A DNA stretch of 64,000 nt from the NCBI RefSeq assembly GCF_006345805.1, contig NC_043006.1, positions 37,262,001-37,326,000 of the forward strand. The letters are read 5' to 3'. The notes beneath the pieces were generated by a model. That model saw only the letters and a list, made by a program, of their open reading frames with translations. It did no database searches and was not told the origin of the DNA. Source of the DNA: Octopus sinensis (lineage: Eukaryota). The position numbers and the translations under genes were made by a program. The first letter of the stretch is position 1. Each line of letters starts with the position of its first letter. This document shows, one piece after another, positions 26,278 to 41,155 of this stretch.

Positions 26278-26567
26278 ATATATATATATATATATACATA
26301 TATATATACACATATATATATATATGATTTTACGTGTAATTGCTTCTCCAAATGCACATAGACTATAGGTAATAGCATGTAAATATTGTGTTGAAAAGCC
26401 TGTTAGATAGAAAAAGTCGTAGACTTCCACGGGCAGCCTTTGATTATCTATCCAGAAGGGTTTTTCAACACAATATTTACATATTTATTCACTATAATTT
26501 ATGTCTTTATATTTTCTTCGAGAGGCAATTCCAAAATGAATCATTCCTCGTTTTATACGCCAACAAT

Positions 26568-26582
26568 ATCTATCTATCTATA

Positions 26583-26618
<36 letters not shown>

Positions 26619-26654
26619 ATCTATTATCTATCATCTATCATCTATCTAGCTACA

Positions 26655-26693
<39 letters not shown>

Positions 26694-26758
26694 ATCTATC
26701 TATCCATCCATCCATCCATCCATCCATCCCTCATCCATCCATCTCCATCATCTATCTA

Positions 26759-26823
<65 letters not shown>

Positions 26824-26832
26824 GTCTATCTA
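26568..26832. repeat. (TATC)n/(CATC)n microsatellite
   Basis: Seen directly; a similar (TGTC)/(TATC) array lies at 29997-30325. Confidence 0.95.
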
Positions 26833-26999
26833 TATGAGTGTTGTGTGTGTGTGTGTGTAATCGAATTCCCTTAGAATAAGATTGAACATGCTGAAAAAGA
26901 AATTCCGGAAAGGGCAAAGATAATTTTTTCAAGGAACCTTACTACTAGTGTTGTAAACGTTGGTGCAACTCTCGTCACCATTGCTGTCTCTCGTATTCG

Positions 27000-27280
27000 A
27001 AGGTAGGTTCAGTGGTTAGAGTGTCTGGCTCACAATCATGAGGTAGTGAGTTCAATTCCTTATTCGGGCTGTATATTGTATTCTTCAGCAACACACTTTA
27101 TTTCACGTTGCTCCAGTCCACTCAGCTGTAGAAATTAGTTGAGACGTCAATGGTGCCAGTCTGTATCGGTGGGTGACTGCTGGTCTTTCACAAACAACCT
27201 TGCTCGGACTTGTGCCTCGGAGGGTAACTTTTCAGGTGCAATCCCATGGTCATTCATGACTAAAGGGAGTCTTTACCCTT
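27000..27280 (+). mobile_element. tRNA-derived SINE family C
   Basis: cagtggttagag...gagttcaattcc (A/B boxes), cactttatttcacgttgctccagtccactcagctg, tail ggtgcaatcccatggtcattcatgact; same family as 54907-55207. Confidence 0.85.
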
Positions 27281-27284
27281 TTTA

Positions 27285-28150
27285 TTGGTCAGCAAAGAAG
27301 AAGCAGCTATTTTCTTGCCGCAACTGTAATCCTTCAAGTAGAAATTCCTTTGGGAATCCCTCCAGAATTCTGTGAAAGTATTTGTCTACCCGGAGTTCTA
27401 CTGAATACTGTGTAAGTATTTGTCTATCCAGAATTCTACTGCCTCTAATTCCTAATCCATGAGGGATATTTTTGTAAAGGCTGGTCAAATTGAAACTATG
27501 ATAGTTTCTAAATTCACTCTTTATGGAACATGGTTTAGGAACTCTATGTATAAATTTGCACCATGGTTTCAAAATTATATCACGTAAACTGTTTAAATGT
27601 TAATCGATCCTGTGTGGACGTAGATCTTAATCAAACAGTTCAGGAATCTTTACTCATAGTGTTTGGAGTTCCTTTAAGCTGTTATTGGCTTCTTAGATCT
27701 GTTGGTTTTTAGTAGTCTATAAAACTTCTTACCTCAAAATTAATTAAGTAATCCGCTAAAATGTTTTTGAACTTGTTAGTTGATTTACCAAATTTTTCAT
27801 TGTCTGCTTTTGGTTTCTAACGTTTTTGTAGAAATGTCATTTGGTTGTTTCGAAATCATTTCCCTGTAATGGGTCTTGTCTATTGTTACAATAGCTCCTC
27901 ATTTGTCAGCTTCTTCAATGAAAAGTTTCTGTAGACATTCTAATGCCTTTTGCTCTTCCTTTGTAATCTTTGCATTTACACAGCTTGCTGGAATGTTTGC
28001 GTTTGCAGATCTTTTCAGACAAATTATATATTCCTCAAACTGTATATTTCTGTTCTTTGGAAGTTTATTGCCTTTTAAAAAATTTTTTACAAGGAGTTTC
28101 GTTATATTTGTTTTGGGAAGAAAACCTGTAGACAAAATTTTCTACTAAGT
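27285..28150 (-). pseudogene. Penelope-like element reverse transcriptase remnant
   Basis: ITKEEQKALECL...IEEADK*GAIV..., NLTSLYKNIPHGLGI..., FPKEFLLEGLQL..ENSCFFFAD: PLE RT motifs (ADKG, D.xSLYTNIP, N.F.F) with frameshifts. Confidence 0.75.
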
Positions 28151-28209
28151 CCTTATTAACTTTCATAAGATCCGTGTCATGTTTTGACTGACGGAAAGAG
28201 AGAGACAGT

Positions 28210-28305
<96 letters not shown>

Positions 28306-28496
28306 TGGAAGAAGGGACTGAAAGAGAAGAAGCGACTGGGTCTCTGTTTATCGAATCATGAAGACGAATGGAAAAACTGTTGCCGGCATTTGAACACGGA
28401 GCACGGATAATTAGAACGAGTGTCTCGAGGAAATCTGTCTGATGGTATAACCCTTCGGCTAATACACACACACACACGCACACACACATACACACA

Positions 28497-28539
<43 letters not shown>

Positions 28540-28896
28540 ACAAAGGTACACACACGTTTTGCATACATATGAGGATTTGCCAACATCTGCAAAACACTCT
28601 TCGTCTGCCGCCTTCTTCCTTCTTACATATGCATATGTATATGCGTATACATTTGTGCATCAGTATAAACAACCCTTATACGTATAATTACTATCTGTCA
28701 TCCTTCGTCAACATCTGCTGATAAAGATATTCAAAGATGAAAGACCCCCCCCCCACCACTTAGGGACGGGTTTATTCTCTTACTTTCTTCGAAAACAAAC
28801 ATTAGTTTATATATCAAACTGGAACCATTAAAAAAAATACCACCGAATCAACGCAAGATGAAAGATACTCTTAAATGAATTCATTCAATTTTCAAA

Positions 28897-29595
28897 GGCA
28901 CAGGCATGCTGTGTAGTTAAGAAGCTCACTTTTTAACCACTTGGTTCCGGGTTCAGTCCCACTGCGCGGTATCTTGAGCAAGTGCTCTCTACTATGGTCT
29001 CAGACTGATCAATGCTTTGTGAGTGAATTTGCCAGAAGGAAACTGTGTGGAATCCCGTCATATGAATATGCGTGCGCGCATACACATCTGTGTGTGTATC
29101 TGTGTATCTGTGAGAGCGTTTTTCTGTTCGTCTCCCATCACCACTTGGCAAGCGGTGTTGGTTTCCTTACGTCCCCATAACCTAGTAGTCCGGCAAAAGC
29201 AACCGATAGAATAAGTACTAGTGATAAAAAAAGATAAATAAATACCGGGATGGATTTGTTCTCCCAAATCAGTGGTTTTTAACCGTTTTCTGGTTTTTCT
29301 TTTTGCCCATGGACCCCTTTTATTCCTATTCTGCTCCACCGGAGCTCCACAGCCATTCACTGTATATATATATATATGAAAATCTGACTGTGTTTTTATA
29401 ATTAAATATTATTAGGAACTGTATAAAAGACACTAAAATATTTTGTGTATTGGAGAAATATTGATTTTAACAATAAAAACTTATATGGTCCCACCAAGGG
29501 TCATACTACCTAACGTTTTTGTCGCTAAACCCTTCAATACAGTCCCCCAACATGGCTGTAGTGTAATAACTGACATAAGTAAGCGATAAAAGATA
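28897..29595 (+). mobile_element. SINE family A with an internal hAT-like MITE remnant (~29270-29520)
   Basis: Head at 28897 and tail at ~29530-29595; insert starts cagtggtttttaacc...ccatggacccc. Confidence 0.7.
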
Positions 29596-29744
29596 ACGTT
29601 AGCTTTAGCTTTAATCATCATATAAGACGCTCTAATTACAATCAATGTTGCAATCTAATCAGATGTGTGCAGGGCTGTGACGTACATCTCATGGGAAAGC
29701 TACGGCACTTGTATCTCCAGCGTATGCTAGAAATGACCCAACCA

Positions 29745-29789
<45 letters not shown>

Positions 29790-29996
29790 CACACACACAC
29801 ATTCAGATGCATACACATATGTGCAGATATGAACACAAACACGCATGATACTGTGGAACTAATATAGGCATTGAGTTGCATAGTTAAGATGCCCGCTTTG
29901 CCACAATGTGGTTTTAGGTTCAATCTCTCGCTGCACAGCCTGAATATTGTCTTGTGAGTAAATCTGGAAGACGAAAGCTGTGTGGAAGCCCGCGCA

Positions 29997-30035
<39 letters not shown>

Positions 30036-30037
30036 CC

Positions 30038-30110
<73 letters not shown>

Positions 30111-30111
30111 A

Positions 30112-30198
<87 letters not shown>

Positions 30199-30199
30199 A

Positions 30200-30276
<77 letters not shown>

Positions 30277-30639
30277 GCCTACCAGCCTGGCTGTCTGTCT
30301 ATTCGTCTATCTGTCTGTCTGTCTATTTGTGGAGACGCAAGGACAACTGTGGACACGTTTTTCTATCTCGACACGCATCATCAACTCATAGTGGTTCTAA
30401 CTTGGATCCAGCAGATGTGAGACTTAGACACATGCAGAAGGAGTAAAAACGTAGAGCCCAGTGACATGAATATTGGCAATAAAGAAGAACTAAGTTATAT
30501 TGAATACCAAACGTGCTAAACTCTTGATTTATTGAAACTGTTTTCCCTTCGAGAGAAAAGTAAACAAATACCTCTTGGTGATTGTGATCAACTCTAACTG
30601 AGAAACGAGATAATCTAACGAATATGGAATTCTTTGAAA

Positions 30640-31500
30640 CTGATATGACGCTAAAGAACAATGTCTGTTTGTCTAGGACGACAATGATTACACGTTTCTG
30701 CCTCAATAGGCGTAACTAGCGCAGTAGTAAGAATTACTTTTGCAGAGACATAAAAATTTTTCAAGTCGTTTAACAGAAACATCATAAAGGTGTTCTATAA
30801 CCTTACAGAAAACATGTCTCATACCAAATATAGATAGAGGGAACTGACATGCAACTCTTGAGACGTAGTGATTTGTCTACTAAAAAGTAAATCCTCAGAA
30901 TGAAAAAAACCCAACGTACATCGAGATACTGTCTCTCACCGCAGTTTATCGACAAGCTACGTAGTATTTTCAGAGCATTGTTTCAAGATTCTTCAAACCC
31001 AGCACTATAACTATTTCTCGGGACCACTGGCATTTCATGGGCAGTGTTAAACGAGGTAGAGGCAACCAAGAAATTTTTCCTAAGTCCTTCCACTTCTGCG
31101 TCACAGAGAATCTGCACATCATTCACCCTCCTAACTCTGTCTACATAATAAAAATACTTCACTAATTTCGACTTGCCGACACATACCCAAATAATTTTAT
31201 AAGAATTTCACTTGAGACATGACAAACAACTTCAAGGGAATATCGCTCACACCAACAAGAATTACCACATTGCTTTTTCATCGTAGGTTGATGGTATTGC
31301 AGATACGGTAACATAAACTGCCTCTATTATGCCTGGGCGGTTTCCAGAAGCAACTACCAAGCCCCAGGTAAACTTACCACTTCTCCACTCATCGATACGC
31401 TACGAAAGAAGACAAGTCAATATATCTGCAGCACCCATGGAGCTGGAAAAGATGGTAGATATTAGTTAAATATAACCGTATAAGTCTGCCTTTCTATTGG
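30640..31500 (+). pseudogene. Possible highly decayed Ty3/Gypsy pol (RNase H-integrase) remnant
   Basis: Fragments such as RITTLLFHR*VDGIADTV resemble the integrase TTxYHPQxDGxxER motif; no LTRs seen. Confidence 0.3.
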
Positions 31501-32844
31501 AGTTTATTGCCCCACAATGCAGCAGGACTTTATAACTACAGGGGGTATAGATTATGCAGAGCCAGTGCCATTCATTTGTCCTTCAAACTTGTATTGGTCT
31601 GGTGCGACAAGTACCCCAAGCTCAGTAGATATCAGGAAGCAGGATTTGTATGGATTTACCTTCTCTTAGTTGAGCAGCCAAACAGAAGAAGGGCTTTATT
31701 TGCCCGGCGTCTGTTAGGGTGTCTGTGAGTGACCTCCTTTCGGATACAATTCTGCGTCATACTAATTAATCACTAGCTGGGCCCCCTTGACAGGTGCTGC
31801 TGCTCCAGGTCAGAGTAACACAATAGTGACTGAGAGGTGGTTCTACGTTTCTAAAATCCATGGAACTCTCGAACCAGGGTTCCACTAACGGATGTAATTG
31901 AAAGGCATGTCCAGCACATTACTTTCCTGTACAATATGTACAACCGACCGAACGAACGAACAAAACCGCGTTTTGGATTTTTATGATTCCAGTGTATTTC
32001 AGATAAATTACCATGAGTACATAACATATGCCATAATATATACACGTAAATGTATTTCTACAAGATGTTCGATAATTAATCTATTGATTGTTGCGTTCAA
32101 CAACGCAAAAATGAAAAGAAATATTGTAAAGATTAAAAGATAATTCTCAATAGCACATTTTTATAAATGCATTATAGTAGACCACGATATCTATGTGTGA
32201 GTGTTTGTATGTGCCTTCGCTGGTACATGCGCGTATATGTTTGTGTGCGTCTTTGTGCAATTATATGTATAGATGCATATGGAAAATTTATGGGAATTCT
32301 TGAATTGTAATTAATAAAAGAGAATAAAAGGCATCTAGGAAGTATAATGCGCACATACATATCAAAATGCACGCCCACATATACACTGTCACATGTGCAA
32401 AGAAATAAATACGTATACATTTACGTATACACTCGTATATTTGTACATGTTAATGTGTAATGGTGTGTGTTTGGGATTACTCTAACTCCTCCCACACCGT
32501 CCAACCTCTTTTAATGATTTTTGGCACATAGGTAGATCACATGCCCCGAAGTTCAAATAAGGCCAGAATTTTTCGAAAACTCGATAATGCTCAGTTTGCA
32601 TCGATTTTAGTGAGCTCAATCGGGCATTTGAATAGAAATTCCCATAACGATGCTATTTTTCCTGCAGCTTTTGCTTTTTTTCACGTAAACAAATTTCAAC
32701 AAAATCAATAGAATAGTCCCTTAGGAAATGCTTATTCAATACAAGGTCAGAAGTGGGCTTAACTTCAACACGGAAAACACGAACAACGCCGGGTCCAACA
32801 GCTAGTATATACATACGCATTAATATACATTAATAATAACAAAG

Positions 32845-33022
32845 GGGCGAGGTGGCAGAATCGTTAGCTAGCCGGACAAAATACTTTGAAGCATTTCGTC
32901 CGTCTTTACGTTCTGAGTTAAAATGGCACCGAGGTAAACTTTGTTTTCCATCCCAATTAAACACTGGGATCGACGTAATCAACTTAACTCTACCCCCCCC
33001 CAAATTACTGGCCTTGTGCCAA
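32845..33022 (+). mobile_element. SINE family B (decayed)
   Basis: ggcgaggtggcagaatcgttagc...ctttacgttctgagtt. Confidence 0.7.
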
Positions 33023-33054
33023 TATACATTAACCACATTAATAATACTGGTAGT

Positions 33055-33245
33055 AGGTGGGAGCAGAAACCTCTGCAAGGCAAACATGTAGGCCGTCGCA
33101 AACAAGTTGATGTTGACCAGAAGCGCACTCATCAATCACTACGAGCTCAGGGCTAAAGGCAGCAAAGGCTGTATCTTAGCTGCTTCAAGATCAAAGCTTA
33201 CGGACCCGGAACTGCCAAGCCAATATGATGAAAAATTGAGTATAA
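33055..33245 (+). pseudogene. R4/Dong-clade LINE fragment (post-RT region)
   Basis: RWEQKPLQGKH...VDVDQKRTHQ.L...GLKA...QDQSLRTRNCQANMMKN matches the W..KPLHG / AAQDQ.L.TRNY block. Confidence 0.7.
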
Positions 33246-33525
33246 CCAAAGTGCTGATTCGGTAATGACGAGATTAGAACAGTGGACCACCTAATCGCTG
33301 GATGAAAAGTTTTAGCAATAGAGGAGTGTAAGTCAAGCCATGGCAGAGTTGGTTAGTATCTGCACGGGTTAATATGTCGATATTATGAAATCAAAATACA
33401 GTTGACATACATGCATGCGTACCTACATACATGCATATTGTTATGTACACACACACACACACACAAATATATATTTGTATGTACACACACATACACACAT
33501 ATAAAGCTGTGTATATATGTGTGCT

Positions 33526-33567
<42 letters not shown>

Positions 33568-33690
33568 GATAGAAATATGAATGAACTGATGCGTGTGAAT
33601 GTTCGTGTTTGAGTCGAATATCGTACTATGTTGACTATGCGCAAGTTGTGGTTTTAATCTTGCGAAAATAAACAAGTTTATAGGTTTTAA

Positions 33691-33728
<38 letters not shown>

Positions 33729-33789
33729 TATATATATACACGAAAATATACGAAAAACAACTTTTACCTCTGTGTGTGTGTATATATAT

Positions 33790-33835
<46 letters not shown>

Positions 33836-34286
33836 ACATATATATATGCACGTACATACGTATGTATGTTGTGTATGTTATATATGTATACGCACATGCT
33901 TATGCTTATGCATGCATACACATACACGTCCACACACACACACACACCTAAAAGTATATGTACGTGTGTTTATGCAGAGACGTACAAACAGATATATTAG
34001 CGGAATATTGGCAATTCACTGCTCTAAATCTAATCGTGCATTCGTGCATAGATAAACAAACCCTAAGTAGGTTTGAATTTTATCTATAAGAAAATTACAT
34101 CGAAAGTAATACGAAAATGAGCTGAAACTTGCTCCTGAACCACATGGTTCCAGGTTCAGTCTCATTGCGCGGTGCCTTGGGCAACTATCTTTTTCTATAG
34201 TCCCAGATTGACCAAAGACTTGGTAGGTGAAAACTTCGAAAAAGTAAGAGATATTTTGAAATTTTCATTTGCACAAATGTCTAGAT

Positions 34287-34847
34287 CAGGAGTCGCCAAA
34301 CTTTTTCGACCATCAACCCCCTTTAGCCATTTCTCCTACCGCATTGACCCTACTTCAGCTATTTCTCCTTCCGCATCGAACCCTTTTAGTCACTTCTACT
34401 TCCACATCGACTACCCTCATTTAAAATATCTTAGTACTTTACTCTACCGTACCATATCCTGAATGCATACCTGGTACTGATGCTGGCAATTAAAATGTTA
34501 GCTAAAATATACATGTACAACAAATTAAGAAATTCTATGGAAGATGACTCGTTTTACTTTTAAAATTACGTGTACGAGTTTACAGTATTAAACTTTTAAT
34601 TTTTATGAAACTGTTTTAACGGTTAGAAAATGTGAAAAGCACATCATATTGCTGGAATATCTTTCACTGAAATTGGCAACATCAATGCGAGGGATGAGCA
34701 TAGCGCTAACTAAGTATTTCAAGCAGTTCATCTGGGTGAGCTGGTCTTTCGCACACCGACCCCCATTCGACCCTTTGGCTATCATCGGCATCTGTAATTC
34801 CACGCTGACCCCTAAGGGGTCTGTCGGACCCCCTTTGGCGACCACTA
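34287..34847. mobile_element. hAT (Charlie-like) non-autonomous element
   Basis: Termini caggagtcgccaaa / tttggcgaccacta; subterminal cgacccc repeats; TSD not recognisable. Confidence 0.6.
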
Positions 34848-34854
34848 ATTGGAA

Positions 34855-35975
34855 GATTTCTAAGAGATATATCCTTGATTTGTTGCTTATGTACCCTGAC
34901 CCAATAAATTGACTTTGATCCTGTTTAGCCGACATAATTTTCATTATACCGTAGGCTTGTGATGCAGCGAATGAGATTTTTTGTTTTTAAATTCATGTTT
35001 GCATTAACTATCATTTCTTTCCATTCTTTCTTTTTTTGTTTTTAAGTCTTTTCCTATTCAATTAATTCACGCGTCTCACAACAAATATCTCCACATCTTG
35101 TTATTTATTCTGATGTGAATTTCGCGTTTGCGAAGAGGAGAGCCTTTTTAGACTTGGTGGTTGTCTTCGGCTGTTGATAGTTTGTGGTTATTATTTTCCC
35201 GAGATTTGATGATAGGTTTAGAGTTGGCAGGTGTCACCTGGATGGGTGTAAGATGTTATGATCTCTGGGATCATGGGTGATTACAAATGTAATATGTAGT
35301 GAACGTTTCTCCGTAAGACAGAAATTAGGATCTCTTTTGCTTCATCGTGGTAAGACTTCCTAAGTTTTTAGGCTATTTTTGTTCCCGAAAGAATAGTTTT
35401 GCAGGAATGGCTGTGTGGTAAGTAGCTTGGGCAAGTGTCTTCTGCTATAGCCCCGGGCCGACCAATGCCTTGTGAGTGGATTTGGTAGACGGAAACTGAA
35501 AGAAGCCTGTCGTATATATGTATATATATGTATATGTGTGTGTGTTTGTGTGTCTGTGTTTGTCCCCCTAGCATTGCTTGACAACCGATGCTGGTGTGTT
35601 TAGGTCCCCGTCACTTAGCGGTTCGGCAAAAAGAGACCGATAAAATAAGTACTAAAAGGTGGTGCTCCAGCATGGCCGCAGTCAAATGACTGAAACAAGT
35701 AAAAGAGTAAAAGAGTAAAAGAGAGAGTTCTACCAGTCATTTCTTTTGTCTATTTGTGTCCGGAACTACAGAACATACCTATTTTCCATATTAAGTGGAA
35801 ATTTTTAATGTGAGATTGGTGGTAAGATCTAAAATCTAAGTAATGGTATATATCCGTGTTTTCGCAATATAGATCGTTTGTAACAGTTTCATTTTCCTTA
35901 ATCTTCAGAATATCCAGAAAAGGAAGTTCCCTTCCATTCATTTCTAACGGTTTTTGTGCGTTTTTAAATGGGTTA
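34855..35975 (-). pseudogene. Penelope-like element remnant (RT thumb to GIY-YIG), split by a SINE A at 35400-35726
   Basis: ELPFLDILKIKENETVTNDLYCENTDIYHYLDFRSYH (35975-35800), then NLIRCITSLRYNENYVG*TG (~34980-34920). Confidence 0.7.
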
Positions 35976-35994
35976 TAAACACCTTCCACGCTGC

Positions 35995-36029
<35 letters not shown>

Positions 36030-36032
<3 letters not shown>

Positions 36033-36240
36033 CGGGAAGGTTTACGAAAATAAACAAAAGATGAAGGCAGGTGGAGTACAAACAAACAAATGTATTAGTA
36101 TAGCACTCAGGAATAGAAATAGAACAAGTCTTTTAAGTTTCGAGCCTACGCTCTTCGACAGAAAGATACACAGAAAAAAAAACAAGGAGAGAAACAAGGA
36201 GAGAAAAAAATGCGTGTAGGAGCTAACGATCTATCATGGC
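36030..36240 (-). mobile_element. Short hammerhead-bearing repeat (PLE pLTR/retrozyme-like)
   Basis: Minus: TCTTT CTGTCGA A GAGC GTAG GCTC GAAAC TTA AAAGA at 36129-36166, then the family 3' block ending in (TA)n. Confidence 0.65.
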
Positions 36241-37459
36241 GTTCCATGATATATATATAATATGTATGTACATGTATTTATGTATATGTATGTGTGCATT
36301 TGTGCATGGTGCTGTTTCCTAACCAGCTTGGCAACTGGTGTTGGTCTATTTACATCCACGTAATTTAGTGATTCAGAAATAGGGATCGATCGAATTAGTA
36401 ACAAACCCAAAGAAAATAATTTGTTCGACGACAAAAACCCTTCAGGGCAGTGCCCCAGCATGGCCGCAGTCTAATGACTGAAACAAGTAAAAAAAACAAG
36501 GTAGTTATTTAATAACCCCGTACCCCCACCCTAAATTAATGACCTTTATTATTAATTAACAATATGTAATTTATATATTTTTTACTTTGCAATTTCCATA
36601 TTGCATCGTGTCTGGCCTGGCTGTCCTTTTGTCTGAGATCTTTCTCAATATGACAACATAGAACCGTGTCATTTCCACCGTCGACAATTACTGAATAACT
36701 TAAACAAGCGGAAAGGTTAAGTTTCTGACGCATTCATTCTCACACACGCACCCGCATAAACACATGCATCTGCTCACATAAATACTTAATATGAACGAGC
36801 GCGCGCACGCACGCACACACACACACGCACACACACACACACACACGCACACACATACACGCACACAAAAGCATTACTGCATACATACACACATATACAT
36901 ATACATAAGAATACATAAATAAATACATACGTACGTACATACATACGTACGTACATACATACATACATACATACGTACATACATACATAGATTCATACAT
37001 ACATAGATTCATACATACGTATATACATACGTACATACATACGTACATACATATATGTATCTATATACATACGTACATACACACTCACATACATATATAT
37101 ATACATATATCTACATGCACATATACATATATATCTACATGCACACATACATATATATCTACATGCACACATACATATATATCTACATGCACACATACAT
37201 ATATGTAAATCTATATACATATACACACACACACATCCATCCATCCATCCATCCATACATACATACATACAAACATACTTACGTACATACATACTTACAT
37301 ACACACATACATTTACATACATACATAAATACATACTTGATACACGCATTCGATACACTCGCACACGACAAATAGAAAAATGTTTCCACGCCTATCCACG
37401 CGTGTATACGCACACACATGCGTTCACATAAACATTCTCATTTAATAAACACACACACA

Positions 37460-37513
<54 letters not shown>

Positions 37514-37542
37514 AAGCAGCCATTCATATAGACATTGATATA

Positions 37543-38200
37543 CAGGAGTTGGACAAAATAATGGAAACACCTAAAAATTTCAAACAAATTTATCTTAATA
37601 TGGAGGAGGACCGCCTGTAGCAGTATGAATTCTACAAAGTATGGACTCGTACAAAGTTTGAATTGTTTCCAAATGAATTTTTGTCCATTCTTCAGCTAAA
37701 ACAGTCTCCAGTTCTTGTAGTGATGATGGTGGAGAATATCGACTCCTTACTTGTGTTTCTAAAATGCACCATAAATGTTTAATAATATTGAGATCTGGAG
37801 ACTGTGGTGGCCAGATAAGATGTTCAACTTCACTAGAATGTTCCTTGTGCCACTCAGTATCAACTTTACCTGTGTGCATTGGTGCATTATCATCCTGAAA
37901 GATTGCGTTTCCCTCCGGAAACATTTTCGCAATCAAAGGATGTATTTGATCAGATAAAATGCTTAAATAGTCTTGACTATTAATTCTGCTATGAAGGGAA
38001 ACTATTGGGCCGGCGTATTTTCAAGATATAGCCCCCAGATATAGCGCCCGTCAACCTCCACCGCTGACAAGAAAGTTCAGAAAACTCGAGAGATGGTAAT
38101 GGTGAACCGGTTCACCATTACCGTCTCTCCAATTACTGCTTTTTGTTCTGCTTTGGTGCACATTGCTAGTGGAATGGCCATGCTTACACTGTAAAATCAG
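37543..38200 (-). mobile_element. Tc1 (DD34E-type) transposon 3' fragment
   Basis: IFQDDNAPMH...WPPQSPDLNIIKHLW...GGPPPY; terminal TA + caggagttggacaaaataatggaaacacc TIR at 37543. Confidence 0.9.
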
Positions 38201-38477
38201 AAAGAAAAATGGTGCGATTAAGCTCACACTTCGATCACGTGACCCAAATAGTACGAACTATAAGCACGTATGAGCAGAAAGCAATGTAAAAATAAAAAAA
38301 GATATGCTATGGCGAAAGTGTGAATAATTTTTTACTTCTCCCTCCCATCTCAGTTACGAGCTTGGAACCCTGATAATCCGTTACACCACTTACCCAGGGT
38401 ACGTATTCGTTTGGCTCACCAGTGAGTTAAACCCCCATATTGTGTGTGTGTATGTATGTGTATATATATATATAATA

Positions 38478-38528
<51 letters not shown>

Positions 38529-39009
38529 ATATTATATATATATATATAGTTAGAGAGAAAGAAAAAGGCATGCTTTTTCAGAGAGAGAGACATAGAGAGA
38601 GGGAGGAGAGCAGTTAAAAAACTTAACTTCCATGCGTGTCGAGTAATCGATGTTTAAGGCAAATTGTTGATGTTTTATTTAAACATTGATCATTCAACAT
38701 GCATGGAAGCTAAGTTTTTTTTACCTGCTCTCTTCCCCCCTCTCTCTCTCTGTGCCTCTCTCTCTCTCTCTGTGCCTCTCTCTCTCTCTGCCTCTCACTC
38801 TCTCTTTGCCTTTCTCTCTCCCCCCTCTCTCTCTCTTATATATATACTAGCAGTATTGCCCGGCTCGTGCGTTCTATACACGCGCGAATTAAGCTAAACT
38901 TGGATGAAGTTCAATCAAAATTCAATTATTTTGGTTTTAAAATCAAGCAGACACACAAGTTGAGTTTTATATATATATACATACATACATACATATATAT
39001 ATATATATA

Positions 39010-41155
39010 TCAGGGGAGAGGTTAAGTCGATTACATTGACTCCAGTGTTCAGATGGTACTTAATTTATCGATCCCGAAAGGATAACGGAATGTGATGTAT
39101 AAATGTTGTTTTCAAATTTTGGAACAAGGTGAGCAATTTCAGGGAGAGGGAATAAGTCGATAACATCGACCCTAATTTTCAACTGGTACTTATTTCATCG
39201 TTCCTGAAGGGATGAAAAGCAAAGTCGACTTTGGCAGAATTTGAACTCAGAACGTAGGGAGGGACGAAACGCCGTTAAGCATTCTTCCTGGCATGATAAC
39301 GATTATGTGAGCTTGCCGCCTTAATATGATGCATGAATATTTTAAAAAAAAAAAGTGCGCTTAATTCTTCACAATGTTGAGCCGATCTCAGGATCTCTAA
39401 TGTGACAAGCCAATCACACTTCCACTGCGCCACTCTGCCCATTGATTGATTAATCCAATGTTATACAATATTTCTTATGCTATCTATTCTTGGTTAGATT
39501 ATTTCTCTTACATCATACATCATTTGATATTTATTATTCATTTATGATAAGGCGGCAAGCTGGCAGAATCGTTAGCCGGGCGAAATGCTTAGCGGTTTTT
39601 CGTCTGCCGCTACGTTCTGAGTTCAAATTCCGCCGGGGTTGACTTTGCCTTTCATCAATTCCGCCGACGTCTACTTAGCCTTTCATCCTTTCGAGGTCGA
39701 TAAATTAAGTACCAATTGCGTTCTGGGGCCGATCCAATCCCAAAATTTTGAGCCTTGTGCTTAGAGTAGTAAAGATTATTCATTTATGAAATTTTATGCA
39801 TAGGACAGTGACAAATGTATGAAACAGCGAACTGCAGCATTGGGGTGTTTATTTTCTGAAAGGGCCACACTTTCTTCTATCAATACTCTGGGAGTCATAT
39901 TTGAGAAACCACAGGCGCAGATCTATGTGTTGCAAAATTTTCCGAATGTCTCTTCATTTACTATTTTCATATCAGTCAAAAGGAAATTCATTCTATAAAT
40001 GTTTCCCCAGTGTAACATAGCAAGTGTGGATGCTAGTGAGATGAATCAACGCAATCTACTCCCTACTAAAAAGAAAAAAAAACAAAACAAGTAAAAAGAT
40101 AGATTTCTTTATTTAGCCACGCAGGGCCGAACACAGAGGGGACAATACAATGTAAAAGACGGAATCTTTAGAGCGTCAGAGAGAAAAAGATTCGTTGCAC
40201 GTCAAAGCAGACATTTAACTTTTAGCAGACTTAGAAAGAGAAGCTAAATCTTCCCCAAGCTACACCCTGCTAGCTTTACAATGACACATTGGATAATATA
40301 ATCCAAGGTACACATGCCTGAAAGAAATTGATGGATTTGGATTAGAATTTGATCTGAGCTTGACCATGAGAGCCAAACCTAGTCTCTCTAGGATAAACGT
40401 CACTCGCTTATCGTGGCCGATATAATCGACCGTTCTCTTTATCTACTAATTATGTATGTGAAGGCGCATGGCTTAGTGGTTAGGAGATTCGACTCACGAT
40501 CGTAAAGTCCTGAGTTCAATTCCTGGCGACGCGTTGAGTCTTTGAGCAAGACACTTTATTTCACATTTAATAGGTCCAGAAAGAATGGAAGGTAAAGTCG
40601 ACTTCGGCAGAATTGGAAGAGATAACATGAAAAATATATTACGTATAAAAGCATTTCGCCCGGTATGATAACGATTCTGCCAGCTCGCCGTCTTAGGAGA
40701 AATAATCTTTTCTACTCTAGGAACAAGGCCTGACATTTTTGGGGAGGGGACATGTCGATTAGATCGACCCCTGTACGCAACTGGTACTTAATTTATCGAC
40801 CCCGAAAAGATGAAAGGCAAAGTCGACCTCGGCGGAATTTGAACTCAGACGAAATACTGCTAAGCATTTCGCCCGGCGTGATAAAGATGCATAAATATTT
40901 TTTTAAAATGCATTCAATTCTTCACAACGTTTGTTTCGATCTAACGACCTCTGACGTCATAGGATCAGCACACTTCCACTACGCTACTCTCTATATATAA
41001 TATATAGTTATGTATTCAAATTCCACCGAGGTCGATTTTGCATTTCATCCTTCCGGGGTCGATAAAATAAGTACCATTTGAGCATTGGGGGGTCGTTGTA
41101 ATCGACGTACCCACTCCCCCGAAATTGTTGGCCCTGTGCAAAAATTCGAAATCAT
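39010..41155. mobile_element. Cluster of SINE B copies (39010-39322 minus, 39550-39775 plus, 40570-40690 minus, 40700-40880 minus, 41015-41155 plus) and a SINE C/D head (40457-40565)
   Basis: Repeated core cctttcatcctt.cggggtcgataaa.taagtacca on either strand. Confidence 0.8.
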
